Assembly (NCBI GenBank): GCA_049600935.1 | Contig: JBMYQB010000003.1 | Span: 9,113 to 73,112 of the forward strand | DNA: 64,000 bases | Source: Poseidonia sp. | Lineage (GTDB): Archaea; Thermoplasmatota; Poseidoniia; Poseidoniales; Poseidoniaceae | Direction of reading: 5' to 3' | In this document: positions 9,766 through 17,625 of the stretch, piece after piece | Layout: the number at the start of each line of letters is the position of its first letter | How positions within the stretch are numbered: the stretch's first letter is position 1 | The notes under the pieces: model-generated | Database searches by the model: none | What the model saw: the letters and a program-made list of their open reading frames with translations, nothing else | Told to the model about the DNA's origin: nothing | Position numbers and translations under genes: made by a program

Positions 9766-9848
9766 CGCCGAGAGAGGGATTTGAACCCCCGCGTCCAAGG
9801 GACAGTGGATTTCGAATCCACCGCAATACCGGGCTATGCGACCTCGGC
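9766..9848 (-). tRNA. tRNA-Ser (anticodon CGA)
   Basis: Minus-strand sequence GCCGAGGTCGCATAGCCCGGTATTGCGGTGGATTCGAAATCCACTGTCCCTTGGACGCGGGGGTTCAAATCCCTCTCTCGGCG folds as a cloverleaf. 7-bp acceptor stem (one G-U), anticodon stem GGTGGA/TCCAC with loop TTCGAAA (anticodon CGA), a long variable arm typical of class II Ser tRNA, and a GGTTCAAATCC T-loop. No encoded CCA. Confidence 0.8.
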
Positions 9849-9903
9849 TCCAGCCCTCGGCTCTTGCGCCACCGTCATAAGCATGATGTTCGGTCGGGAT
9901 GTC

Positions 9904-10104
9904 ATGGAGGTTCGCTTTCATGGCAGGGATGTTGACACCACCGTCGAGGTGGAGGCAGGCACGTCGGTGCGTGAAGCGCTTCACCGGGCAGGAGTTCTTC
10001 CGTCGATGGTGATTGTGAGCTATGAAGGGACGGTTCTCCCTCACGCTACGCCCATTCAGCAGAGCGTTGAACTTCTGGTTACCACCATTTCTTCAGGCGG
10101 TTGA
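9904..10104 (+). CDS. SAMP/MoaD/ThiS-family ubiquitin-like small protein ending in Gly-Gly
   Basis: MEVRFHGRDVDTTVEVEAGTSVREALHRAGVLPSMVIVSYEGTVLPHATPIQQSVELLVTTISSGG* shows the beta-grasp pattern (Phe-Gly near the N-terminus, conserved central Gly-Thr-Val, a V.VN-like segment) with a C-terminal diglycine directly before the stop. Alternative start at 9883 (MMFGRDV). The track ORF 9781..10104 starts inside the tRNA and is over-extended. 3' end overlaps the convergent nuclease gene by about 12 nt. Confidence 0.6.
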   Translation: MEVRFHGRDVDTTVEVEAGTSVREALHRAGVLPSMVIVSYEGTVLPHATPIQQSVELLVTTISSGG

Positions 10105-12081
10105 GCGGTCAACTCGCTCAATGATTTGAAGACGAGATTGACGGGTGTAGTCGCATCGTACTTCCGAAGCCCATGCGTCCAATCCTACGTTGGCCACCAC
10201 GACGAGATCACCGACTTCAAGCATACCGTATTGGTGATTCCAATCATCGGCCCATCCTTCAATCTTGCAGGCTCCGCTGTGGTCCATCAGCATCAAGCCT
10301 TTTCGTGACCAGGCTTTTCCGTTCTTTCCCACACCGCTCTTTTCATAGGTATAGACGACGGTCCCTCCGACGTTTTGTTTGGCCTGGTAGTCAAACAGGT
10401 CAAACGATTCAACATCGGGGTCTTCATCGGCTGTGAGTTGGGCAAAGGGGTCCATTTTCAATACGATTTCACCCTTCCAGTTTACCGTAAACACAGCGTC
10501 CTTGACAAGAACCTTGGCTCCCTTCATGGCGGGGACGGCCACGGTTGGGCTACCATCGGACTGTTGAGTAGCTATGACTTGAATATGGGCCATGTGGGTC
10601 CCTTGTTTAAGGGTCATTTTGAGAGGTATGTTGTCCTTTACATAGCCCACTGAGAACAATTCTCCTCGCACGGTCGCACGCGGATTGAGCAACCCAATGT
10701 CTTTTAGCGGCGTACGTTGATTAAACCCTGGAAGTTGGACCGATGACGAAAGTCGCTTCTCATCGGTTCCTTCTCCACCTGGACAAACGGCTCGCCAATC
10801 ACACCGCTTGCACCGAGATTCATTCGGAGCATCCGTTGGCACACCACCGGGGGCAAAGCCTCTCATCGCACGAGGCTCGGGTGGACACGCCTCAAGAAGT
10901 GGGGGCGTTGCCTTCAACTCGTTCCACAACCCCTCCATTTTGGCTTCAATGGCCTCCATGGCCTCAATGGACGGTACGGCAATCGATTTGATGCTTGGAT
11001 GGCCGAGATACCAAATTTGGAGGCCCTCAACGACCTCCTGTCGTTGGTGCGTTACGTACCAAAGCATGGCGTAGATGTTGAGTTGTTCAACATAATCACC
11101 CGATCGGTCGTTGGCTCCGATGCTCGCCTTCAAATCCACGATGACCGGTTTTCCCGTCCACCGATAGACGAGGTCGTATTCGCCTTGGAACCAATGGTCA
11201 GGGTGAATGGCGTTCATGGTGAAGGACGGCGCACCCGGGTCAACAAACCAAGGACGTGCGAGTTCCCATGCTTCGGTCCAAGAAACCGAACCTTTTCCCC
11301 TCAGTGGGTGGCCGCCCTCAAAAGGCTCGTGAGGAAAACCGTCAGGCGAAGGCCACGCTTCTCGGGCTCCGTTTCTCCATGCATGTTTGTTTGGTCCGCC
11401 ATCGGCTCCATGGCATCGCTCCACCTCATCGAGATGGAACCTCAACCCGTTCTCCACCATGGCCAAACAGGAGGCGGTGTTCACTTCCTCCCAGTCGCCT
11501 GCTCTTCGCTCGTCTTTTTCCCATTCCTGCCTCATGCGTTCCAATGCAGGAGGAAGATGGACCTTGCATCGTGCCATGGTCCAGGCCTCAAGGTCGGACT
11601 TCGATTGCGGAAGTTCGTTCGGAAAAAACGGAATCAAGCCCATGGCAGGCCAAACGTACTCATCGCTGGACAGTGGTCTTCCCTCTTCGTCGTAAGGACC
11701 CGAGCCAAGTGCATGAGGGCTGGCATTCGCTGAAACAAATCCGGGGGATTCACGCAGCACGCTGCAGATGGCTTCCTCAACGGCTCGTCCAACAAAGAGC
11801 ACGGGGATTTGCGGCATCTTGAACCGGTAGACTTTCTGGTAAAACCACAGACGTGGGCAGGCCTCGTAGGTGTTGGCTTGACTTGCGGACATTCGGTTGT
11901 AGGGTCCCACGGTATCCCGCTCTTTCTCAGCCATGTGGACCGGCATGAAGGGAACAGAGCGCCCACTCTTTTTCAAGGCTGAGTGCGATGAACCTCGTTC
12001 ACGATATGGTGAAGGTTTCCAATCGAGTTTTTCGGTTGTCGATTCGAAGCTGCAAAATCCCTGAGCGCCAACCGATTTCAA
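10093..12081 (-). CDS. RecB/Cas4-family PD-(D/E)xK nuclease with Fe-S cysteine cluster, fused to C-terminal RPA-like OB folds (paralog A)
   Basis: 662-aa ORF. First cluster Cys in YEACPRLWFY. RecB-type motif GEYDLVYRWTGKPVIVDLKAS followed by QLNIYAMLW (QxxxY). C-x2-C-x5-C cluster CKRCDWRAVC. C-terminal approx 210 aa hold two OB-like segments, e.g. KGLMLMDHSGACKIEGWADDWNHQYGMLEVGDLVVVANVGLDAW. Likely start at the internal MPVHMAEK (about 11946), which removes the 83-nt overlap with paralog B. Confidence 0.6.
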   Translation of the reverse strand: MKSVGAQGFCSFESTTEKLDWKPSPYRERGSSHSALKKSGRSVPFMPVHMAEKERDTVGPYNRMSASQANTYEACPRLWFYQKVYRFKMPQIPVLFVGRAVEEAICSVLRESPGFVSANASPHALGSGPYDEEGRPLSSDEYVWPAMGLIPFFPNELPQSKSDLEAWTMARCKVHLPPALERMRQEWEKDERRAGDWEEVNTASCLAMVENGLRFHLDEVERCHGADGGPNKHAWRNGAREAWPSPDGFPHEPFEGGHPLRGKGSVSWTEAWELARPWFVDPGAPSFTMNAIHPDHWFQGEYDLVYRWTGKPVIVDLKASIGANDRSGDYVEQLNIYAMLWYVTHQRQEVVEGLQIWYLGHPSIKSIAVPSIEAMEAIEAKMEGLWNELKATPPLLEACPPEPRAMRGFAPGGVPTDAPNESRCKRCDWRAVCPGGEGTDEKRLSSSVQLPGFNQRTPLKDIGLLNPRATVRGELFSVGYVKDNIPLKMTLKQGTHMAHIQVIATQQSDGSPTVAVPAMKGAKVLVKDAVFTVNWKGEIVLKMDPFAQLTADEDPDVESFDLFDYQAKQNVGGTVVYTYEKSGVGKNGKAWSRKGLMLMDHSGACKIEGWADDWNHQYGMLEVGDLVVVANVGLDAWASEVRCDYTRQSRLQIIERVDRSTA

Positions 12082-13741
12082 CGCCGGTCATCGCCACGCC
12101 GTCTCCGGGACGCAGACCCAAGAGACGTTGATTGATACTTGAACCGAAGGCCGCAACTTCTGCGACGTGGTGACCGTCCCACAGCATGAGCGTGAGCATG
12201 CTCCATGGTTTTCCATCCACTCGCACCCCAGAACGACGCCGAATGGATACCACATGGCCCTTGACATTGGCCCGGGTCCGCAGCAATCCGAGGCGAGTCA
12301 ATTGAGGGATTTCGTCATCGTTCATCTCACCTGCCGGAGATAACGTGGTGCTTGCATCGACGTAAAGTCGCGGTTGGTCTCGCCAAACGCCCGGAAGAGC
12401 GTCCATCAAAATGATGTCTTTTTCCACGTGTTCATGAAGCGAGGCAAAGGCGCCAGGCTCGCTCTCTTCTACGGTGATGTGTTGTTGACCCACCACCAAA
12501 ACAGCCCCTAAAACAGGTTCTGAGAAGTGGTTGGGCATCGGCCCCCACGCGCCCGTCAATCGGCCTTTTACGCTGACGCGTCCTTGGATATCGCCCAAGG
12601 CAGCATAGGGTGTTTGCATGCTGACTTCGGGAAGCTTCGACACCCATGCAAGATGGTCCGGCACGGTCCACGACCCGTCAGTGGATCGTGCAACGGAGCA
12701 CCAACCGCAACCTGCGGCACCCCCTTCACAGGCAGTTTCAGGCTCGGCGGGAAAGGGCATGACGCCGCTGGCTGTGGTTTGCATGGCGACATGGTGTTCA
12801 TGGTAGGTTTTGGAGAGGGTGTTCATTTCGCTCTTTTTGGGCGTTTCATACGGAACGCGAACGCCTCCATCGAGGTACCAACCCTCCATGCCATGAACCA
12901 CTTCACCTTGCTGAGTTTCATGCCAAAGCCAGGCGTAAAAACGAAGTTGATGCTCAAGCGAAGAAGCGAAGGCAGAGTCTGGTCGGCCTGATTTTATGTC
13001 GACGATACGTATCCTACCATCCCAACGAAGAACCAAGTCCAATTCACCCGAGGCCCAGCCCTCGGGATGATAGAGGCGCTGCGGTTGATGGACTCGAGGG
13101 TCCTTGAACCAAGGGCGAGCGCACTCCCACGCTTCGTTCCAGGTGATTGCAGAACCAGAGGACGACCAAGCAGGCAGGGATGCGGGCGACCATGCCCGCA
13201 TTTCGATGTCCCTCACCTTGTCGGGTAAAGGAAAAACAGGTGCGGTCCCGTGGGCTGGTTCGGGTACGGCAAAGGGCTGCTTGCCGGCTCTTCGGGTCTC
13301 GAGGTGAGGGCCGCCGTTCGATGCATAGCAGGCCTCAACCTCCTCGAAAAAGAGGGCCAACCCACCTGCAAGTCGTTGCTCTAAGGACGAGGTTTCAACG
13401 CTTTCCCAGGCATGCTCGTCGGATTTCCACAGGACTTCATCCCACATCGTCTTGCCCGTATCGTAGGCTCGCTGCGCTGAATTTGAAAGGTGAGCATTGG
13501 CCCATGATTTGAGGGCATCAAGATCGTTGAGGGCCGGAGGGTGCATCATCAACAATTCACACAGCGTGTCTTCCAGAACAACGCCAAGGATTTGTGAGGG
13601 ACGCGTTGGCCCTTGAAGCCCAACTTGGTAGGCAAAAAGCCACTGCTTTGGGCACCGCAAGTACGTGGTCAGGGCGCTCGCAGAGATGCGCCCACGGCTT
13701 CGCCCGAGCGGACCGCCACGGGGGGGAAGGCCTACTGGCAA
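11999..13741 (-). CDS. RecB/Cas4-family PD-(D/E)xK nuclease with Fe-S cysteine cluster, fused to C-terminal RPA-like OB folds (paralog B)
   Basis: 580-aa ORF collinear with paralog A. YLRCPKQWLF (N-terminal Cys). WNEAWECARPWFKDP...GELDLVLRWDGRIRIVDIKSG (compare A: WTEAWELARPWFVDP...GEYDLVYRWTGKPVIVDLKAS). EHQLRFYAWLW. Cys cluster ACEGGAAGCGWC. C-terminal OB-like segments (WSMLTLMLWDGHHVAEVAAFGSS...LRPGDGVAMTGVEIGW). Confidence 0.6.
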   Translation of the reverse strand: MPVGLPPRGGPLGRSRGRISASALTTYLRCPKQWLFAYQVGLQGPTRPSQILGVVLEDTLCELLMMHPPALNDLDALKSWANAHLSNSAQRAYDTGKTMWDEVLWKSDEHAWESVETSSLEQRLAGGLALFFEEVEACYASNGGPHLETRRAGKQPFAVPEPAHGTAPVFPLPDKVRDIEMRAWSPASLPAWSSSGSAITWNEAWECARPWFKDPRVHQPQRLYHPEGWASGELDLVLRWDGRIRIVDIKSGRPDSAFASSLEHQLRFYAWLWHETQQGEVVHGMEGWYLDGGVRVPYETPKKSEMNTLSKTYHEHHVAMQTTASGVMPFPAEPETACEGGAAGCGWCSVARSTDGSWTVPDHLAWVSKLPEVSMQTPYAALGDIQGRVSVKGRLTGAWGPMPNHFSEPVLGAVLVVGQQHITVEESEPGAFASLHEHVEKDIILMDALPGVWRDQPRLYVDASTTLSPAGEMNDDEIPQLTRLGLLRTRANVKGHVVSIRRRSGVRVDGKPWSMLTLMLWDGHHVAEVAAFGSSINQRLLGLRPGDGVAMTGVEIGWRSGILQLRIDNRKTRLETFTIS

Positions 13742-13780
13742 TGAACGACCTCCCTGAATGAGAGGATGCAGAAAACCTGT

Positions 13781-15571
13781 TCACGCATCGTAGGAATAGT
13801 AGTCACCACTGGTTCGTTGTTCTCGGTCCTTCCGACTTTCGTTCTTGTTGATTCGAGGGCGTCGTGAATCGTGGTCTCGTCGAAAGGTGACGTCCACGCC
13901 AGCCAAAAATCGGTTCATGCCCTCACGAAGGTTGTAAGGTCCTGTTGCTCGGCCTTCAACGCCGCCTTCGCCCTCGAAAACCAACAAAGAATCGGAGACG
14001 ATATCGATGAAATAGACGTCGTGGTCAATGACGAAGGCTGATTTTTCATTGGCTTCCATCGTCCGGCGGATGGCTTTCGCTGCCTCCATGCGGGCGTTGG
14101 CGTCAAGGTGAGCGGACGGTTCGTCGAGCAGGTAGAGATCAGCGTCCCGGCCCAAACACACCGCAATCGAGACCGCCTGGCGTTCACCACCCGAGAGTTT
14201 CTTGACTCGTTTTGGGAGAAGTTGGTCAATTCCCAACGCCTTGATGACGTTGACGTTGAATTCACCGCTGCGCCATCGTGGCCCCAGCTCGCTGTCCAGC
14301 CAAAGCTGAACCGAACCGTCGATGTCAACATCGATGTGCTGAGGCTTGTACGAAATGGTCGCATCCGCCGTGACCCAGCCTTCGTCGTATTCGTGCTCTC
14401 CTGCGAGGATCTTGATCATCGTTGATTTCCCCGTTCCGTTTGAACCCACGACGCCGACGACCTCGGAGCGATGCACAGCACCTTCTCCTGATGTAAGTTT
14501 AAACTCACCAAGGCTTTTTTCCAGGCCCCCCCAACTCACGACAGGAGTCCCAATCTCCGCTGTTCTATCCCGATGGCGCAAGAATTTGATGGGTTTGTCT
14601 CGAATACGGACGTTTTCTTCCGGCAGAAAGCCATCAAGATAGGTGTTGATGGCCTGACGGGTTGAGCGTGCAGGCGTGAAAATGCCGAAGGCACCTTTCT
14701 TCCCATAGACGATGTGAATCAAATCAGCCAGAACGTCCAAGACGGCTAAATCGTGTTCAATGACGATGACGCGCTTGGTTTCAGCAAGGTCCTGAATGAT
14801 TCGTACGATGCGCATTCGCTCGTGAATATCAAGATAGGACGACGGTTCGTCGAAAAAATAGACGTCGACGTCCCGAAGGATGGTTGCACAGATCGCCATG
14901 CGCTGAAGTTCTCCTCCAGAGAGTTGTTGAACGGTTCGCTGGAGCAGGTGGTCAATGCCCAACGAACGGGTGGTTTGCTCGAGCAACCCTCGCTCGTCCA
15001 CCTTACTGAGAAGTTCGTGAACGGTTCCTTTGATGCGCTTGGGGAGTTTATCCACGTTTTGCGGCTTGAGGGCGACACGAATGCTGCCTTTCTGAATGGC
15101 GATGAAAAAATCACGAAGTTCGCCTTTCGGGAGGGAAGCAATCACGCTCTCCCAATCGGGCTCTTGGTCCAGCCAATCACCAAGATTTGGCGTCATACGG
15201 CCTGAGAGGGCGCTGATGGCCGTTGATTTCCCCATGCCGTTTGGACCGAGAATACCGACCACACTCTCCTTGGACGGCGTGGGAAGGCGGAACAGCCGAA
15301 AGCCGTTCATGGAATAGCGGTGAATCATGTCCGTTTCGAGTTCACTGGGGAGGTTTTCAATGATGAGAGCGTCATGTGGGCACTTGTTGATGCAGATGCC
15401 GCACCCAATGCAGAGGCTTTCGGAAATGTGGGGCTTGCCGGTTTGTTCGTCCATGACAATGCATTCTTGTCCGTTCCGTACCGGGGGGCAAAACACCTGG
15501 CATTCATCGTTGCACTTCTTGGGTTGACAGTTGTCCTCCTTCAGAACTGCAACACGCATTCCGTCACCCAA
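13781..15571 (-). CDS. abce1: ribosome recycling factor ABCE1 (RNase L inhibitor homolog)
   Basis: 596-aa ORF. N-terminal 2x[4Fe-4S] ferredoxin domain (CQPKKCNDECQVFCP...CIGCGICINKCP), then twin ABC NBDs with Walker A GILGPNGMGKST / VVGSNGTGKST and signature LSGGELQ / LSGGERQ. Confidence 0.9.
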   Translation of the reverse strand: MGDGMRVAVLKEDNCQPKKCNDECQVFCPPVRNGQECIVMDEQTGKPHISESLCIGCGICINKCPHDALIIENLPSELETDMIHRYSMNGFRLFRLPTPSKESVVGILGPNGMGKSTAISALSGRMTPNLGDWLDQEPDWESVIASLPKGELRDFFIAIQKGSIRVALKPQNVDKLPKRIKGTVHELLSKVDERGLLEQTTRSLGIDHLLQRTVQQLSGGELQRMAICATILRDVDVYFFDEPSSYLDIHERMRIVRIIQDLAETKRVIVIEHDLAVLDVLADLIHIVYGKKGAFGIFTPARSTRQAINTYLDGFLPEENVRIRDKPIKFLRHRDRTAEIGTPVVSWGGLEKSLGEFKLTSGEGAVHRSEVVGVVGSNGTGKSTMIKILAGEHEYDEGWVTADATISYKPQHIDVDIDGSVQLWLDSELGPRWRSGEFNVNVIKALGIDQLLPKRVKKLSGGERQAVSIAVCLGRDADLYLLDEPSAHLDANARMEAAKAIRRTMEANEKSAFVIDHDVYFIDIVSDSLLVFEGEGGVEGRATGPYNLREGMNRFLAGVDVTFRRDHDSRRPRINKNESRKDREQRTSGDYYSYDA

Positions 15572-15651
15572 CCTATCCTCTCGTCTGTTCTATTTTGTTT
15601 CACCTGCCAATTCCCAGCCAAAACCGGGAATCGCAGCCACAGTGCTGTTGC

Positions 15652-16191
15652 TCAAATGAGACCCTTGAGGTGCTCGTGTCCACGGATGAGGCGGATGGTG
15701 CACGGGGTAGGGAACTTCATGCTGGCCTTGCGGAGTGCATCACGGGCCGTGAGGTAGTGAGGAGCGTTGACCTGAATGGAGATCACACGCTGGCCACGCT
15801 TGACACGAGCGGCCGTACCGACGTTCTTTCCGAACGCACATCGCATGCCTTGGGAGACACGGTCTGCACCGGCACCCGTCGCTTGCTTGTTTTCACGAAG
15901 CACGTGGTGGGGGAAGGTGTGGACGCGGAGGGCGTAGCCTTGTGCGCCGGCTTCCTTACGGATGGTGGAGTTGGAGACGACACGAGCTGCTTCAAGGGCA
16001 GTGTGGCGAATCTGAACATCGTTGTCGGCGCGCAGTTCGAGCACGACTTGGAACTGGCCCGTCTCCGCAGCACGTCGGTTTCCGACGTGGTACTGGTGGA
16101 TACGGTTGTTGGGCACACCACCGATGTACTTTCGGCGGGTGTAGGCTGGGCCTTTCAAGCGGCGGTACATCACAGCGGGTTTACGTGCCAT
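15652..16191 (-). CDS. rpl10e: 50S ribosomal protein L10e (uL16)
   Basis: Starts MARKPAVMYRRLKGPAYTRRKYIGGVPN... inside the track ORF 15652..16314. Upstream residues in that ORF are not L10e-like. ATG at 16191-16189. Confidence 0.8.
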   Translation of the reverse strand: MARKPAVMYRRLKGPAYTRRKYIGGVPNNRIHQYHVGNRRAAETGQFQVVLELRADNDVQIRHTALEAARVVSNSTIRKEAGAQGYALRVHTFPHHVLRENKQATGAGADRVSQGMRCAFGKNVGTAARVKRGQRVISIQVNAPHYLTARDALRKASMKFPTPCTIRLIRGHEHLKGLI

Positions 16192-16220
16192 AGGTATGCC
16201 TCCAAGCATCCCTGCGACCG

Positions 16221-17531
16221 ATGCTCCCTTTATCATATCTCCGCACGGGCATTGAATCTTCCCGTAGGGAAGTTTCTCGGCGGTTTGAGCAAAGTCTTCA
16301 TGGGGCCGACGCACCAGCCCGATGCATGGCTGATGGGTGGCGCCGGCTTCTCGAAGAGGAATCCGAACATCAATGGCTTACGTTGTCCTTGTTCGCTCTC
16401 TTCGTCGTCTTCGGTGCCTTTGCCATTGATGCTACCGAGCATTTTGTCGGCGACAGAATCACGCCCATCACGACGGAACTTGACGGTGCGCTGGTGGTGG
16501 ACATCGAATACCACGAAAGCAACACCTCCTACACGTCCCTCGTGTACACCCCTGACGCAGGATATCACATGTTTACCGAACATGTTGAGGACAGCACCGT
16601 GATGCAGGTATACAGTCCCGAAACCAACGACCTTGGAGGGCAAGTGAACTTCCTCAAGACCATGCCAGATGGAGAAATCCTCTACTCAGTGGCACCAAAT
16701 CAGTTGATTGGACTCAAAGGCAATACGATGGTGACCTACGATTACAGCTCCATTGACGATGTTTTTTCCATTCACGATGTTGCGGAGTCGACAGGCGATA
16801 CCGCCCAACGAATATTGCTGACGCATGAAGGGGCGGACGCCTCCTTTCGTGGTGTTTCCGGCATGACCCCTACCGAACCGATGTCAACCTCTTCCGGTGT
16901 CAAATGGCACGCTGTCGAACACCACTCTGAAGGACTGTGGATGGCGCTTGGCACACACATCAGCACCTCCGGCGCCGACGGTTCAAGCCCTGCAACACCT
17001 CAACCCCGCCCAGTTTTGGGGTGGATCACCTGGTCGGGAGATGCCTCGACTCCAGTGCTTCGAAACGTGCAGATGTTTGGTACAGGCCTGTTCCATTCCT
17101 TCGCCCACGGCGGGGATGACATCATCGTTGGCGGAACCGTGGAAAGCCTGGTCGTCTCTTCTGACCAGAGCGTGAGTTCCGTCAATGCACCTGCAGCAAA
17201 AGTGGTGAACGATATGGATGGAACCGTTTGGTTCATCGGACCGATTGGCTCAACCTCGCTTGCAACCTACCATCAGGGGGTGCTCGAACACCACCAACTG
17301 AGCCGACCTGTACCGGTTGACGTTTCGGATGCCGGCGCCCAGGGAGACCACGTGCACGTGCACGGCGTGAACGAGGATGGAAATCCAATTCAATGGTCCA
17401 TTGACATCACAGCAAACGGTTCTATAGAAAGTGGACGGGGTTTCCTCAACCTCCTGTTTTTGCTCGGTGGCGGCGTGATGCTTGCGACCATGGCAAAGTA
17501 TGCCATCGACCAGCTTCGGTATACTGCATAA
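16221..17531 (+). CDS. hypothetical membrane-anchored surface protein
   Basis: 436-aa ORF. N-terminal hydrophobic helix (WLTLSLFALFVVFGAFAI) and C-terminal TM (LLFLLGGGVMLATMAKYAI) flank a Ser/Thr/Gly/Asp-rich beta-rich ectodomain. No catalytic motif seen. Start may be an internal Met. Confidence 0.35.
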   Translation: MLPLSYLRTGIESSRREVSRRFEQSLHGADAPARCMADGWRRLLEEESEHQWLTLSLFALFVVFGAFAIDATEHFVGDRITPITTELDGALVVDIEYHESNTSYTSLVYTPDAGYHMFTEHVEDSTVMQVYSPETNDLGGQVNFLKTMPDGEILYSVAPNQLIGLKGNTMVTYDYSSIDDVFSIHDVAESTGDTAQRILLTHEGADASFRGVSGMTPTEPMSTSSGVKWHAVEHHSEGLWMALGTHISTSGADGSSPATPQPRPVLGWITWSGDASTPVLRNVQMFGTGLFHSFAHGGDDIIVGGTVESLVVSSDQSVSSVNAPAAKVVNDMDGTVWFIGPIGSTSLATYHQGVLEHHQLSRPVPVDVSDAGAQGDHVHVHGVNEDGNPIQWSIDITANGSIESGRGFLNLLFLLGGGVMLATMAKYAIDQLRYTA

Positions 17532-17625
17532 TTCATCCACCTCCTTTCAAAATCAGGCGTTCCAAGCCATCATCTTGAGAACCTTCATGTGCCCTCGTCG
17601 TTGTTGAGGTATCCCAGCGTAAGCC

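Noticed and set aside
9781-9903. N-terminal third of the ORF 9781..10104
   Set aside because: It overlaps the tRNA-Ser gene body on the opposite strand and lacks homology. The real coding region is the C-terminal SAMP-like part starting at 9883 or 9904.
15595-16602. 335-aa plus-strand ORF overlapping rpl10e on the opposite strand
   Set aside because: Entirely antisense to a well-supported ribosomal protein gene and the start of the next gene. No recognisable domain. Typical high-GC shadow ORF.
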